This document shows, in pieces, positions 1-8,210 of a DNA stretch of 64,000 bases. The first letter of the stretch is position 1. Each line of letters opens with the position of its first letter. Origin of the DNA: an uncultured delta proteobacterium (lineage in GTDB: Bacteria > Desulfobacterota > Syntrophobacteria > Syntrophobacterales > Syntrophobacteraceae); assembly GCA_963808625.1 (NCBI GenBank), contig CAWEHK010000051.1, positions 97,425 through 161,424 of the forward strand, read 5' to 3'. Position numbers and translations under genes: made by a program. The notes below the pieces were generated by a model. It saw only the letters and a program-made list of their open reading frames with translations. It searched no databases and was not told the DNA's origin.

Positions 1-57
1 CCGAAGAGCAAGCTCTTGCGGAGTGGACATAAGTCCATTAAAGGAGACCTGATCGAT

Positions 58-621
58 ATGAAAGGCAGATTACGAACCACTCCCATTGCTTTCACAGTCA
101 TTATATTTTCCTTGTTCTTCCTTTTTCCCATGGCAGCTTTCCCGGCCGGCCCTCCCGAGAAAGGGGCAACCCTTCCTTCTTTTCAGCTTCCCGCTCCAAC
201 GCTTGAATCGGATATGAGCTATCTCGGATTGAAAGGAGCAACCTTCCGGCTTCAGGACATCAGTTGCCAGGTCCTTGTCATTGAAATCATTGGGGTCTAT
301 TGCGCACGCTGTTACCAGCAGGCACCCCTCTTCAATAAGCTCTTTACCCGGCTGAACCGGAAAGGTATGGGTGACAAAGTGAAAATGGTGGCGATCGCCG
401 CGGGCGGGACCGCCAACGAGACCGAACATCTGCGAAAAACGGGCTCCTACGAATTCCCGGTCGTGAGCGATGAAACGTATGCGGTACACAAACTCATGGG
501 TGAGCCGCGTACCCCCTTTACCCTCCTGATTGACAGGAAGGGTAAGGTGCTCTTCACCCATCTCGGCGTCATCGAGGACGTGGACACCTTTTATCAGCAG
601 ATTGTGGAGCTGGTTAAATAA
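58..621 (+). CDS. TlpA/ResA-like exported redoxin (thioredoxin fold)
   Basis: AAGGAG RBS before ATG58; N-terminal hydrophobic signal; CxxC (YCARC); TPFT cis-Pro-like loop. Confidence 0.8.
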   Translation: MKGRLRTTPIAFTVIIFSLFFLFPMAAFPAGPPEKGATLPSFQLPAPTLESDMSYLGLKGATFRLQDISCQVLVIEIIGVYCARCYQQAPLFNKLFTRLNRKGMGDKVKMVAIAAGGTANETEHLRKTGSYEFPVVSDETYAVHKLMGEPRTPFTLLIDRKGKVLFTHLGVIEDVDTFYQQIVELVK

Positions 622-624
622 AAC

Positions 625-1788
625 ATGGAAGAAACGATCGCCAAACTGCATGACGCCCTCAACAGTGCGAAGCAGATCCAGGAAGAGCTGGACAGGCGTG
701 TGTTTCATCTTCAAACCCTCTCCGATCTCAACGCCGAATTAAGCGCCAGCATTCGGACCGAGGAACTTCTCGGATCATTCCTCCTGGTGACCATGGGTGC
801 CCTGGGAGTCAGACAGGGATTTGCTCTCGTCTATGATCGGCAGACAAAAGGGGTGAGAACTGTCGCTCGAGGACTGGAACCGGCAGAAGAGCTCTCCGCT
901 GATGTTGTTGAAAGGCTGCTCTATAAGGCCTTCGAGGGGGCGGAAAAGAGAAGCCTTGCCCCGATGAGCGTCAGCCGCATCACCGTCCCTCCGGCGGCTC
1001 TGGCGGAAGCGAGAATCCGCCTTGAGGCCAGCGCCGGGGTGCTCTACGTCATTGACCAGCGATCGCTGGGAATGATGCTCATGGGACCGACACTCACCGG
1101 TGGGACGCTGCCTCCCGAGGGAGGAGAGCTGCTCTTCGCTCATACGGCCAGTTTTATGCTCTTCCTGAAGAATGCCCGTTCCTTCGAGACCATCCAGGCC
1201 CTCAACGATGACTTGATGCGGCGAAATGAAGAGCTGAAAAAAACCATTGCCGAACTGACGGAAGCAAGATACTCGATTGCCATGTTTGAGGTCGCCAGAG
1301 CTCGCGTCAGGTCTCTCGTCCAGCGAGAACTGCAGCGCGTTGGGCGGGTGAATCTCCTGGATCTGGGCTTGCTGTTTCTTTTGGCAACGGTACTGGGGGT
1401 ACTTTTCAATTTTGCCAGCCCCCAAGGTGTACCCCTCTTTCCCGAAACTCTCTTCCGGCCATCTTCCCCGCAGATCGATGTGGTGACGGCAAAGGGCCTT
1501 TTGGACGCGGGCAAGGCCGTCCTGGTGGACGCAAGACCCCAGGAGCTTTTTGTTCAGAAGCATATTAAGGGCGCGATCAATGTGCCCTCGGCCCTCTTTG
1601 ATATCGTTCACATGATGAAGCTGGGTAACCTGGAAGACGAAGAACTAATCATCGTTTATGGGAGAACCATCAGCAAGCGGTACGATGAAGAGGTTGCCCA
1701 CAGACTCAGGCAGCGCGACCATGAAAACGTTAAGGTCCTCGCGGGTGGTCTCGGTGCCTGGGAGTCCTCTAATTATCAGGTTGAGTGA
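625..1788 (+). CDS. Membrane protein: GAF-like/coiled-coil N-terminus, TM helix, C-terminal rhodanese-like domain
   Basis: VDARP..F..KHIKGAINVP and VKVLAGGLGAW rhodanese motifs; active-site loop reads VYGRT (no Cys). Confidence 0.75.
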   Translation: MEETIAKLHDALNSAKQIQEELDRRVFHLQTLSDLNAELSASIRTEELLGSFLLVTMGALGVRQGFALVYDRQTKGVRTVARGLEPAEELSADVVERLLYKAFEGAEKRSLAPMSVSRITVPPAALAEARIRLEASAGVLYVIDQRSLGMMLMGPTLTGGTLPPEGGELLFAHTASFMLFLKNARSFETIQALNDDLMRRNEELKKTIAELTEARYSIAMFEVARARVRSLVQRELQRVGRVNLLDLGLLFLLATVLGVLFNFASPQGVPLFPETLFRPSSPQIDVVTAKGLLDAGKAVLVDARPQELFVQKHIKGAINVPSALFDIVHMMKLGNLEDEELIIVYGRTISKRYDEEVAHRLRQRDHENVKVLAGGLGAWESSNYQVE

Positions 1789-2267
1789 TGCAGATTTGGG
1801 AGTCCACGAAAAGGGTTTTAACTCACAAGTATCTTGCTCTGGCATTTCGACTCTATATTGGCGGGATATTCGTCTACGCCAGCATGAACAAAATCAGTTT
1901 TACCGCTGAGTTCTCTGAAACCATCGCGAGCTACCAACTGGTCCCTTTCTGGTCGGTCAACCTTCTCGCCATTATCATGCCATGGGCCGAACTGATCTGC
2001 GGAATCCTGCTCATAACCGGAATCAGATCCAAGTCGGCCACGGTTGCCCTCAGCATCATGCTCACCGTCTTCAGTGTGGCTATTTCTCTCAGTCTCCTTA
2101 GGGACATCCCCATCGGCTGCGGTTGCTTCAGCAGTGTCGAGGAAACGATGAGTTGGACAACGCTGCTGCGGGACCTCGTTTGGCTGGTCATGTGCGCCCA
2201 TATCTACTGTTTCGATTCAGCTCTGCAGCTGGATAGGAGATTCCCTACATCGCTAAAGGACCTATGA
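1785..2267 (+). CDS. DoxX/MauE family membrane protein
   Basis: RLYIGGIFVYAS..K, PWAELICG, IGCGCF motifs; about 4 TM segments. Confidence 0.85.
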   Translation: MMQIWESTKRVLTHKYLALAFRLYIGGIFVYASMNKISFTAEFSETIASYQLVPFWSVNLLAIIMPWAELICGILLITGIRSKSATVALSIMLTVFSVAISLSLLRDIPIGCGCFSSVEETMSWTTLLRDLVWLVMCAHIYCFDSALQLDRRFPTSLKDL

Positions 2268-2599
2268 TGATGCGAAAGTGGTGGATTGGTGCCACGGTTC
2301 TGCTTTGTTTTGTGCTCGCCGTCTCATCCTGCCAGAGGAACCAGGATTTTTCCGGAAAATACGAGGTGCTCGATCCGGCCGGGGACCCTTCTTCGGTGTT
2401 GCTGTTGAAGCCCGATGGCAGGGGCTCATGGAATGTTTCCCATGAGAATGTCTCTTTCAGCTGGGAATCCAGAGGAGATGAAATTCTGCTGCATATGAAA
2501 ACCGGCGGGGTAATGGTCGGGAAAATCGGAGCCAGGGATTCCATCGTCATCACCTTGCCAGGGGGGGAGGAGTTTCACTTCAAGCGAGTGCCGGAATAG
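2264..2599 (+). CDS. Hypothetical lipoprotein
   Basis: Lipobox-like VSSC after hydrophobic stretch; overlaps the upstream stop. Confidence 0.6.
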   Translation: MMMRKWWIGATVLLCFVLAVSSCQRNQDFSGKYEVLDPAGDPSSVLLLKPDGRGSWNVSHENVSFSWESRGDEILLHMKTGGVMVGKIGARDSIVITLPGGEEFHFKRVPE

Positions 2600-2819
2600 A
2601 GACTCAAATGATGAAACACTTCCCTGGTGAGCCACCATCGCTCGATGAGACACCCACATCCACAATCCGAAATCCGGTGACACACCATTGGTCGAAGAAA
2701 CTGGTAGTTTTCCGGAAAGTGGGGTATGCTGTCGGCAACTGTCTGGAAAATGGGAGCTATGCTAATTTCTTTCGCTCTGCCTGGCCGCTTCAAGCTTGGG
2801 ATATGATGGATTAGAATTA

Positions 2820-3439
2820 GTGGATGTTGGAAAAACTATCGCACCGTCGGATCTGGCATTTGACATTGACGGGGTTGTGGCTGACACGATGGCCGTCTTC
2901 GTGAGACTCGCGCGCGAGCACTACGGCTTAACCTGGTTGACCAAAGACGACTTGCGACGGTATGATCTGGGTGCGTGTTTGAAGATCGACCGCAAGGTGC
3001 TGAACGAGCTGATCTGCATGACCCTGGACGACGAACACACCCAGCAGGTTCCACCGATGCATGGAGCCGCAGAGGTGCTCACCGAGCTTGCTCGCCACGG
3101 ACCTTTGCGCTTCGTGACCGCACGCATCTGGCCGGAATCGATCGTGCGGTGGCTCCGTCAGACCTTGCCTGACGTTGACGCCACCGGATTGAGGTATTCG
3201 CAACGGGGCTTCCTGAAGCCAAATGCGATGTCCTGAAAGAGCTGAAGATACGTTATTTTGTGGAAGACCGGTTCGAGACTTGTGAACTCCTGTCCCAAAA
3301 CGGCATCCAGCCTTTGCTTTTTGACCAACCATGGAATCGTGTGCCGGAGGCGGTAGCATTCCCAAGAATTGAAAACTGGTCTCAGCTTCAGGAGAGGATT
3401 TCATTTCCTGACAGACCACAGAGTCCGGCTGGTCTTTAG
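2820..3439 (+). CDS. HAD-superfamily 5'-nucleotidase-like protein (frameshift near 3185, probably artefact)
   Basis: FDIDGVVADT motif I, FVTAR, then in shifted frame FVEDR and FDQPWNR; stop TAG 3437-3439. Confidence 0.7.
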
Positions 3440-3522
3440 AATAAAGAGGGCTCCCGAACGTCATTTCCGCAGGTTTTTGGCGGGAATCCACGATTTTTTG
3501 ATTGCGCATTTGATTGGTTGCC

Positions 3523-4185
3523 ATGAAGCCGAATGAATCACCACCAATTCAGATCAAGGCCACTCGCGAGGGATTTACCCTGGTTCCCGATCCGGCAGCG
3601 CCGTTCGATGCCGTGTTCGCCTATCTGGAGCAGCGTTTGAGCGAATCCAGGGACTTTTTCCGGTACGCTGAGATGACCCTCGATCTCCGGGAGAGGCCAC
3701 TTTCCACTGATGAAATTGCCAAACTGCATGGCTTGCTGGTTGCCAGGGGGCGAGTCCGGTTAGTGGAAGTGAGGTTGGGAGAGGACTTTGTCCTGGTGTT
3801 GGACCGCCCATCCGACCGGCGGGCGCCGCCGCCCAGGGTAGCTCCTCCCCCGGCTTCGGACGCTTCGGCCCTGGTGATAAGAAATACCTGTCGCTCGGGA
3901 ACTCGGATTGTGTCCCAAGCGGACTGCGTGATTCTGGGAGACGTCAATCCCGGGGCGGAAGTGATTGCCGTCGGTGACGTCATCATCTTTGGCAATCTTC
4001 GGGGCGTCGCCCATGCGGGAGCTGCGGGTGACCGTTCCGCCCGCATCTGGGCACTCAGCATCGAACCCAGTCAGATCAGAATTGCCGACATTGTTGCCGT
4101 TCCTCCCCGCGGCAACAAACCGACCCCAAAACGTTTTGAGATCGCAGAAATCCAGGAAAACCTCATTGAGGTCATCACGGTCTAG
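3523..4185 (+). CDS. minC: Septum site-determining protein MinC
   Basis: RSGTRI..GDVNPGAEVIAVGDVIIFGNLRGVAHAG; first gene of minCDE. Confidence 0.95.
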   Translation: MKPNESPPIQIKATREGFTLVPDPAAPFDAVFAYLEQRLSESRDFFRYAEMTLDLRERPLSTDEIAKLHGLLVARGRVRLVEVRLGEDFVLVLDRPSDRRAPPPRVAPPPASDASALVIRNTCRSGTRIVSQADCVILGDVNPGAEVIAVGDVIIFGNLRGVAHAGAAGDRSARIWALSIEPSQIRIADIVAVPPRGNKPTPKRFEIAEIQENLIEVITV

Positions 4186-4246
4186 AGCAGGAGGGATCCT
4201 GATTGAACTATGAACCTTTCACCTTGAGAGATGGATGGGATGAACC

Positions 4247-5038
4247 ATGGCCGGAAAAACCATTGTTGTAACCTCGGGTAAAGGCGGGGTGGGAAAGACC
4301 ACTACGGTCGCCAATATCGGAACGGTATTAGCAAAAAAGAAGTACAGTGTGGTTATGATTGATGCGGACATCGGGTTGCGGAACCTGGATGTGGTGATGG
4401 GCCTGGAAAACCGCATCGTCTACAACCTGGTGGACATTATCGAAGGCAAATGCCGCAAGCAGCAGGCGATGATCCGGGACCGCAAGTTGCACAATCTTTA
4501 TATCATTCCGGCGGCTCAAACACGCGAGAAGAGTGCCGTGAAGCCTGAGCAGATGAAGGACCTGTGTGCGGAACTGGCAGAAGAATTCGATTACGTCTTT
4601 ATCGACTGTCCTGCAGGAATCGAGCAGGGTTTCAAGAATGCCGTAGCCGGAGCGCAAACGGCCATCGTGGTAACCACTCCTGAAGTTTCCGCCATTCGCG
4701 ACGCCGACCGCGTAATCGGATTGCTCGAAGCAGGCTTGTTGAATGATGTTCATCTCATCATCAACCGTCTGAACCACCGCATGGTGAAAAAGGGCGACAT
4801 GATGTCCACTGAGGATATCATCTCGCTTCTTGCAGTGCCCCTCCTGGGAGTCGTGCCGGAAAGTGAGGAAGTCGTAATTTCGACAAACCGTGGTACGCCC
4901 CTGGTTCACGATCGAGGCAGCAAAGCAGGAGTTGCTTTCCAGCAAATAGCAGCGCGTTTGAATGGGGAAGATATCGCTCTCGACATGGAACAGAAAGTGA
5001 CGATTATGGACCGCGTCAAGCGATTCATCTGGAGCTAG
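4247..5038 (+). CDS. minD: Septum site-determining ATPase MinD
   Basis: SGKGGVGKTT, DADIGLRNLD, DCPAGIEQGF, TPEVSAIRDADR. Confidence 0.97.
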   Translation: MAGKTIVVTSGKGGVGKTTTVANIGTVLAKKKYSVVMIDADIGLRNLDVVMGLENRIVYNLVDIIEGKCRKQQAMIRDRKLHNLYIIPAAQTREKSAVKPEQMKDLCAELAEEFDYVFIDCPAGIEQGFKNAVAGAQTAIVVTTPEVSAIRDADRVIGLLEAGLLNDVHLIINRLNHRMVKKGDMMSTEDIISLLAVPLLGVVPESEEVVISTNRGTPLVHDRGSKAGVAFQQIAARLNGEDIALDMEQKVTIMDRVKRFIWS

Positions 5039-5054
5039 GAAGGAGACTTATCTC

Positions 5055-5327
5055 ATGCTGAAAGCAATGATCCGTCGATTCTTTGGAGAGAAGGCAAGCT
5101 CCCAGGTGGCCCGGCAGCGCATGCAGGTGGTGCTCATGCATGACCGGATGGATATCGCACCGGACATAATGGAAGCACTTAAAAATGATATTATAACAGT
5201 GTTGTCTCGCTATATGGAAATTGATCGAAAAACCATACATGTCGACCTGGAGCAGGGGAAAAACTACACCGCTCTCATCTCCAACGTTCAGATCAAGCGG
5301 GTTTACCGGCATAGCATGTCAACCTGA
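5055..5327 (+). CDS. minE: Cell division topological specificity factor MinE
   Basis: SSQVARQRMQVVLMHDR..LKNDIITVLSRY; follows minD. Confidence 0.93.
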   Translation: MLKAMIRRFFGEKASSQVARQRMQVVLMHDRMDIAPDIMEALKNDIITVLSRYMEIDRKTIHVDLEQGKNYTALISNVQIKRVYRHSMST

Positions 5328-5411
5328 AAGCGGAGTTCGGTCAATGCCCCTGGGGCGGTTACTGATTCTTCCGGCGAGACGCTCGAAATCCGAAATTTGA
5401 GAGGTTAACCA

Positions 5412-5651
5412 ATGGCGTTGACAATCCTTCTGGCGGCAACTCTTAGAAAATATGTTCATGGCTATGATGCCGCAACCGGACATGCCATGGCCCTCGATCA
5501 TGGCACCACCGTGCGGGACGTGGCCCAGCGCTTACTTATTCCCGAAGAGGAAGTGAGACTGGTCATGGTGAACGGCGTCCACGCAGATTGGGACACCGTC
5601 CTCAACGGCGATGAACGCCTTGCCCTTTTCCCGCCGGTAGGTGGCGGCTGA
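5412..5651 (+). CDS. MoaD/ThiS family ubiquitin-like sulfur carrier
   Basis: 79 aa; VMVNG..LNGDERLALFPPVGGG C-terminus. Confidence 0.9.
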   Translation: MALTILLAATLRKYVHGYDAATGHAMALDHGTTVRDVAQRLLIPEEEVRLVMVNGVHADWDTVLNGDERLALFPPVGGG

Positions 5652-5674
5652 AATCTCGATCCGCTATCCGCAAT

Positions 5675-5902
5675 CTATTCGCCCACTAATTGTCGCGCTT
5701 TTTCAATCGCCTCCACGAGGTCCGGAAAAAGATCCAGCGAGACGGTTATCCCTTTTTTGGAAGGATGATATTCTCCGTCATCTCCCTTGTAATAAACCCT
5801 GAGATCGATGTACTGTTTCTTCTTGAACACGGTTAGAGAAACTCTAATCTCCTCAAGGGGATTTTTCGGAAACGCGTGGATAAGTTGAGGGGTATCACTC
5901 AT
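5675..5902 (-). CDS. PC4/YdbC family ssDNA-binding protein
   Basis: EEIRVSL..FKK..YIDLRVYY....PSKKGITV. Confidence 0.85.
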   Translation of the reverse strand: MSDTPQLIHAFPKNPLEEIRVSLTVFKKKQYIDLRVYYKGDDGEYHPSKKGITVSLDLFPDLVEAIEKARQLVGE

Positions 5903-6322
5903 AATCGGGTCCTTTGTTGATCTCGTCTTCAAATACACCAGGCCGCGCAGGTCCTCGTTCCGAAAGGGGAAATATGTGGTCCCTCCCCGGGACGTGCGAC
6001 CCGCGTTGCGCTTCCATCATGGCACGCTCCCCCTGTAGCAAATACCTGCGGCTGCATCAAGCTCTTTTTCCCCAAGCGCCTCCTAACTCACGGGCGATCT
6101 TCCCGGACGGTCCGGCCTTTGCTGCCCACCCATGACACAATCCTCGGAAGCTCTTGATGTTTTAGACATCCTTCTTGATCCCGATCCTGAAAAATGCTTT
6201 ACTTTTCTTGAAGATGAGGGATTGGCCAGGCGTTTGGGCCTGCCGCATTATCCCCCAAAGGTCCGGTCGCATGAGCCTGATTCGGCGACTGATCAGAGAC
6301 CGTTAACCACCTTGGATAGCCA

Positions 6323-6937
6323 ATGGAAGAGAAGATCAGGACCCTTGGCATTTTGTTCGCGAAGCACTTCAGCGCCCAGCTCGACACGGTCCGGCTGCGG
6401 ACCGGGAGAACTACCGAGCGCATCAAAATCAACCACCCGGAAGCGGCAGCCGTGGTCCCTTTTGTGGATGAGCAGCGCATCCTCATGGTTCGCCAATGGC
6501 GCTATGCCATCGACCGGGAGACCCTTGAGATCCCCGCCGGGAAAGCGGACCCGGGTGAAGCGCTCGAGGTGTGCGCGGTTCGGGAGTTGAAAGAGGAGAC
6601 GGGCTATGGCGCTGAACGCCTGCTCCACCTTTTCAGCTACTACCCCGCTATCGGATACTCTGACGAAATGATCAGGATCTATGCCGCATCCGGTTTGGTG
6701 AGCCTGCCCACAGAGCGGGAAGTGGACGAGATTTCCAGAGTGGAAGTGGTGCCCTTGAATCGGGTCCAGGATCTCATCCTGGAGGGTGCGATCGCAGATG
6801 GGAAGACGGTGATCGGCATCTCGCTTTTTTTGGCCAAGCAACAGCGAGGAGAAATTCCCACGGACTTTTTCAAACAGTCTCCATCCGGATCACCTCCTCT
6901 CTCCTCTTCCCGCCTGGAAAGGACTGGCGGAGAATAA
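6323..6937 (+). CDS. NUDIX hydrolase (ADP-ribose pyrophosphatase-like)
   Basis: Nudix box PAGKADPGEALEVCAVRELKEETGY; VRQWRY; IADGKT. Confidence 0.9.
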   Translation: MEEKIRTLGILFAKHFSAQLDTVRLRTGRTTERIKINHPEAAAVVPFVDEQRILMVRQWRYAIDRETLEIPAGKADPGEALEVCAVRELKEETGYGAERLLHLFSYYPAIGYSDEMIRIYAASGLVSLPTEREVDEISRVEVVPLNRVQDLILEGAIADGKTVIGISLFLAKQQRGEIPTDFFKQSPSGSPPLSSSRLERTGGE

Positions 6938-7046
6938 ATATTGATCGGAAAAGATTGTACTCGCTCCCCTGCCCAGTCCCGTCAGGCGGGAGGGGCAAGG
7001 AATGCCCTCAACACCTCCGGATGGGCAGTGGTCAAAGGCGTCGCTC

Positions 7047-7517
7047 ATGAGGAAGGTCCCCATCACCCGCTGCGGGCATCATCGACTGATTAAGGAATTG
7101 GCTTACCTGCGACGCGTGGTGCGACCCGAAGTCCTTGAAGAATTGCGCGAAGCCAGGGCCTTCGGCGTCAAAGTTGAGAATCAACAGTACCTGCTCGCTC
7201 GCGAACGGCATGTGGTCCTTGAGAAAAAGATTCGCGACCTGGAGGAAATGCTGGCTCAGTGCGAAATATTCGCAGGGCGGAAATTCATCTTCAAGCAGGT
7301 TGGTTTTGGGACCACGACGCTGATCCAAAATGCCGAGACGGGGGAAAAATGCCAATTCCAATTGGTGGGTCCCTATGAATCGGATATCAGTAGCGGAAGG
7401 CTCTCTATCGAATCACCGTTGGGACGCTGCCTGATAGGGCGTTGCGAGGGGGAGGAAGTAACTGTCTACACGCCGGCAGGCATTCGCTTCTACCGCATTC
7501 TGGCAATCGTGTTCTAG
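7047..7517 (+). CDS. GreA/GreB family transcription factor (atypical tip)
   Basis: RPEV..L.EARAFG...ENQQY coiled coil; LVGPYESD..GRLSIESPLGRCLIG..GEEV..TPAG. Confidence 0.85.
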   Translation: MRKVPITRCGHHRLIKELAYLRRVVRPEVLEELREARAFGVKVENQQYLLARERHVVLEKKIRDLEEMLAQCEIFAGRKFIFKQVGFGTTTLIQNAETGEKCQFQLVGPYESDISSGRLSIESPLGRCLIGRCEGEEVTVYTPAGIRFYRILAIVF

Positions 7518-7655
7518 CGCGAGGAAACCCACCATAATTTGTCACCCGCAGAAGTCCCAAGACTGAGCCGTACGCTGATCACAAGAAGAGCTTCGACCTC
7601 CATGAGGTTATCTGAAAAATGCGTAAACACGACTCCGAATGAGAACAATATTCCG

Positions 7656-7789
7656 GAAACTATCTCAAAACTAACTCATATCGTCACCCCGGCGGAAACC
7701 GGGGTCCAGAACCCCACGGAAAACCTGGATTCCGGCTTTCGCTGGAGGAATGACGATTGAGAGCGTCCTGACGATTTTGAGATAGTTTC
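7656..7789. repeat. REP/MITE-like palindromic element
   Basis: Perfect 15-bp inverted repeats GAAACTATCTCAAAA / TTTTGAGATAGTTTC around an inner GTCACCCCGG..CCAG / CTGGATTCCGG..GAATGAC palindrome. Confidence 0.75.
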
Positions 7790-7963
7790 TTGGTCATCCT
7801 GCGGCACCGTAATCGTCCTTTATTGTGACCTTCGGCACTGTGGGGGTTATATGGGATGCGGCGAGCGATGTCTGTCCTGAAAGCAAAAGCCCGCTTGTAA
7901 CGGGCCTTTGTTGTGCTATCCCGCGAGACTGGGTAAGCCGCCGGGACAAACTGGGTTTTGCCA

Positions 7964-8039
7964 TGGTGGCGGGGCCCAGAATTGAACTGGGGACACGAGG
8001 ATTTTCAGTCCACTGCTCTACCGACTGAGCTACCCCGCC
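7964..8039 (-). tRNA. tRNA-Phe (GAA)
   Basis: GGCGGGGTAGCTCAGTCGGTAGAGCAGTGGACTGAAAATCCTCGTGTCCCCAGTTCAATTCTGGGCCCCGCCACCA; 76 nt, CCA encoded. Confidence 0.97.
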
Positions 8040-8210
8040 ACAATCAGCGGGTTTCTTACTAATGGATTGGCAGGGGAAGTGTCAAGAACTTTTTTTGGCC
8101 CAGATGTTGCCAACCCATGAGAAGTTCTTTAGACTGGCAGGAGACTTTCGGTGGCCAGGTAGGAATTGAAGACGGTTTATTCCCCGAAGCAACAGAGGAG
8201 AAAGCAGCAG

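Noticed and set aside
7997..8013. U-U mismatch in the tRNA-Phe anticodon stem
   Set aside because: A single position in an error-prone assembly; not interpretable
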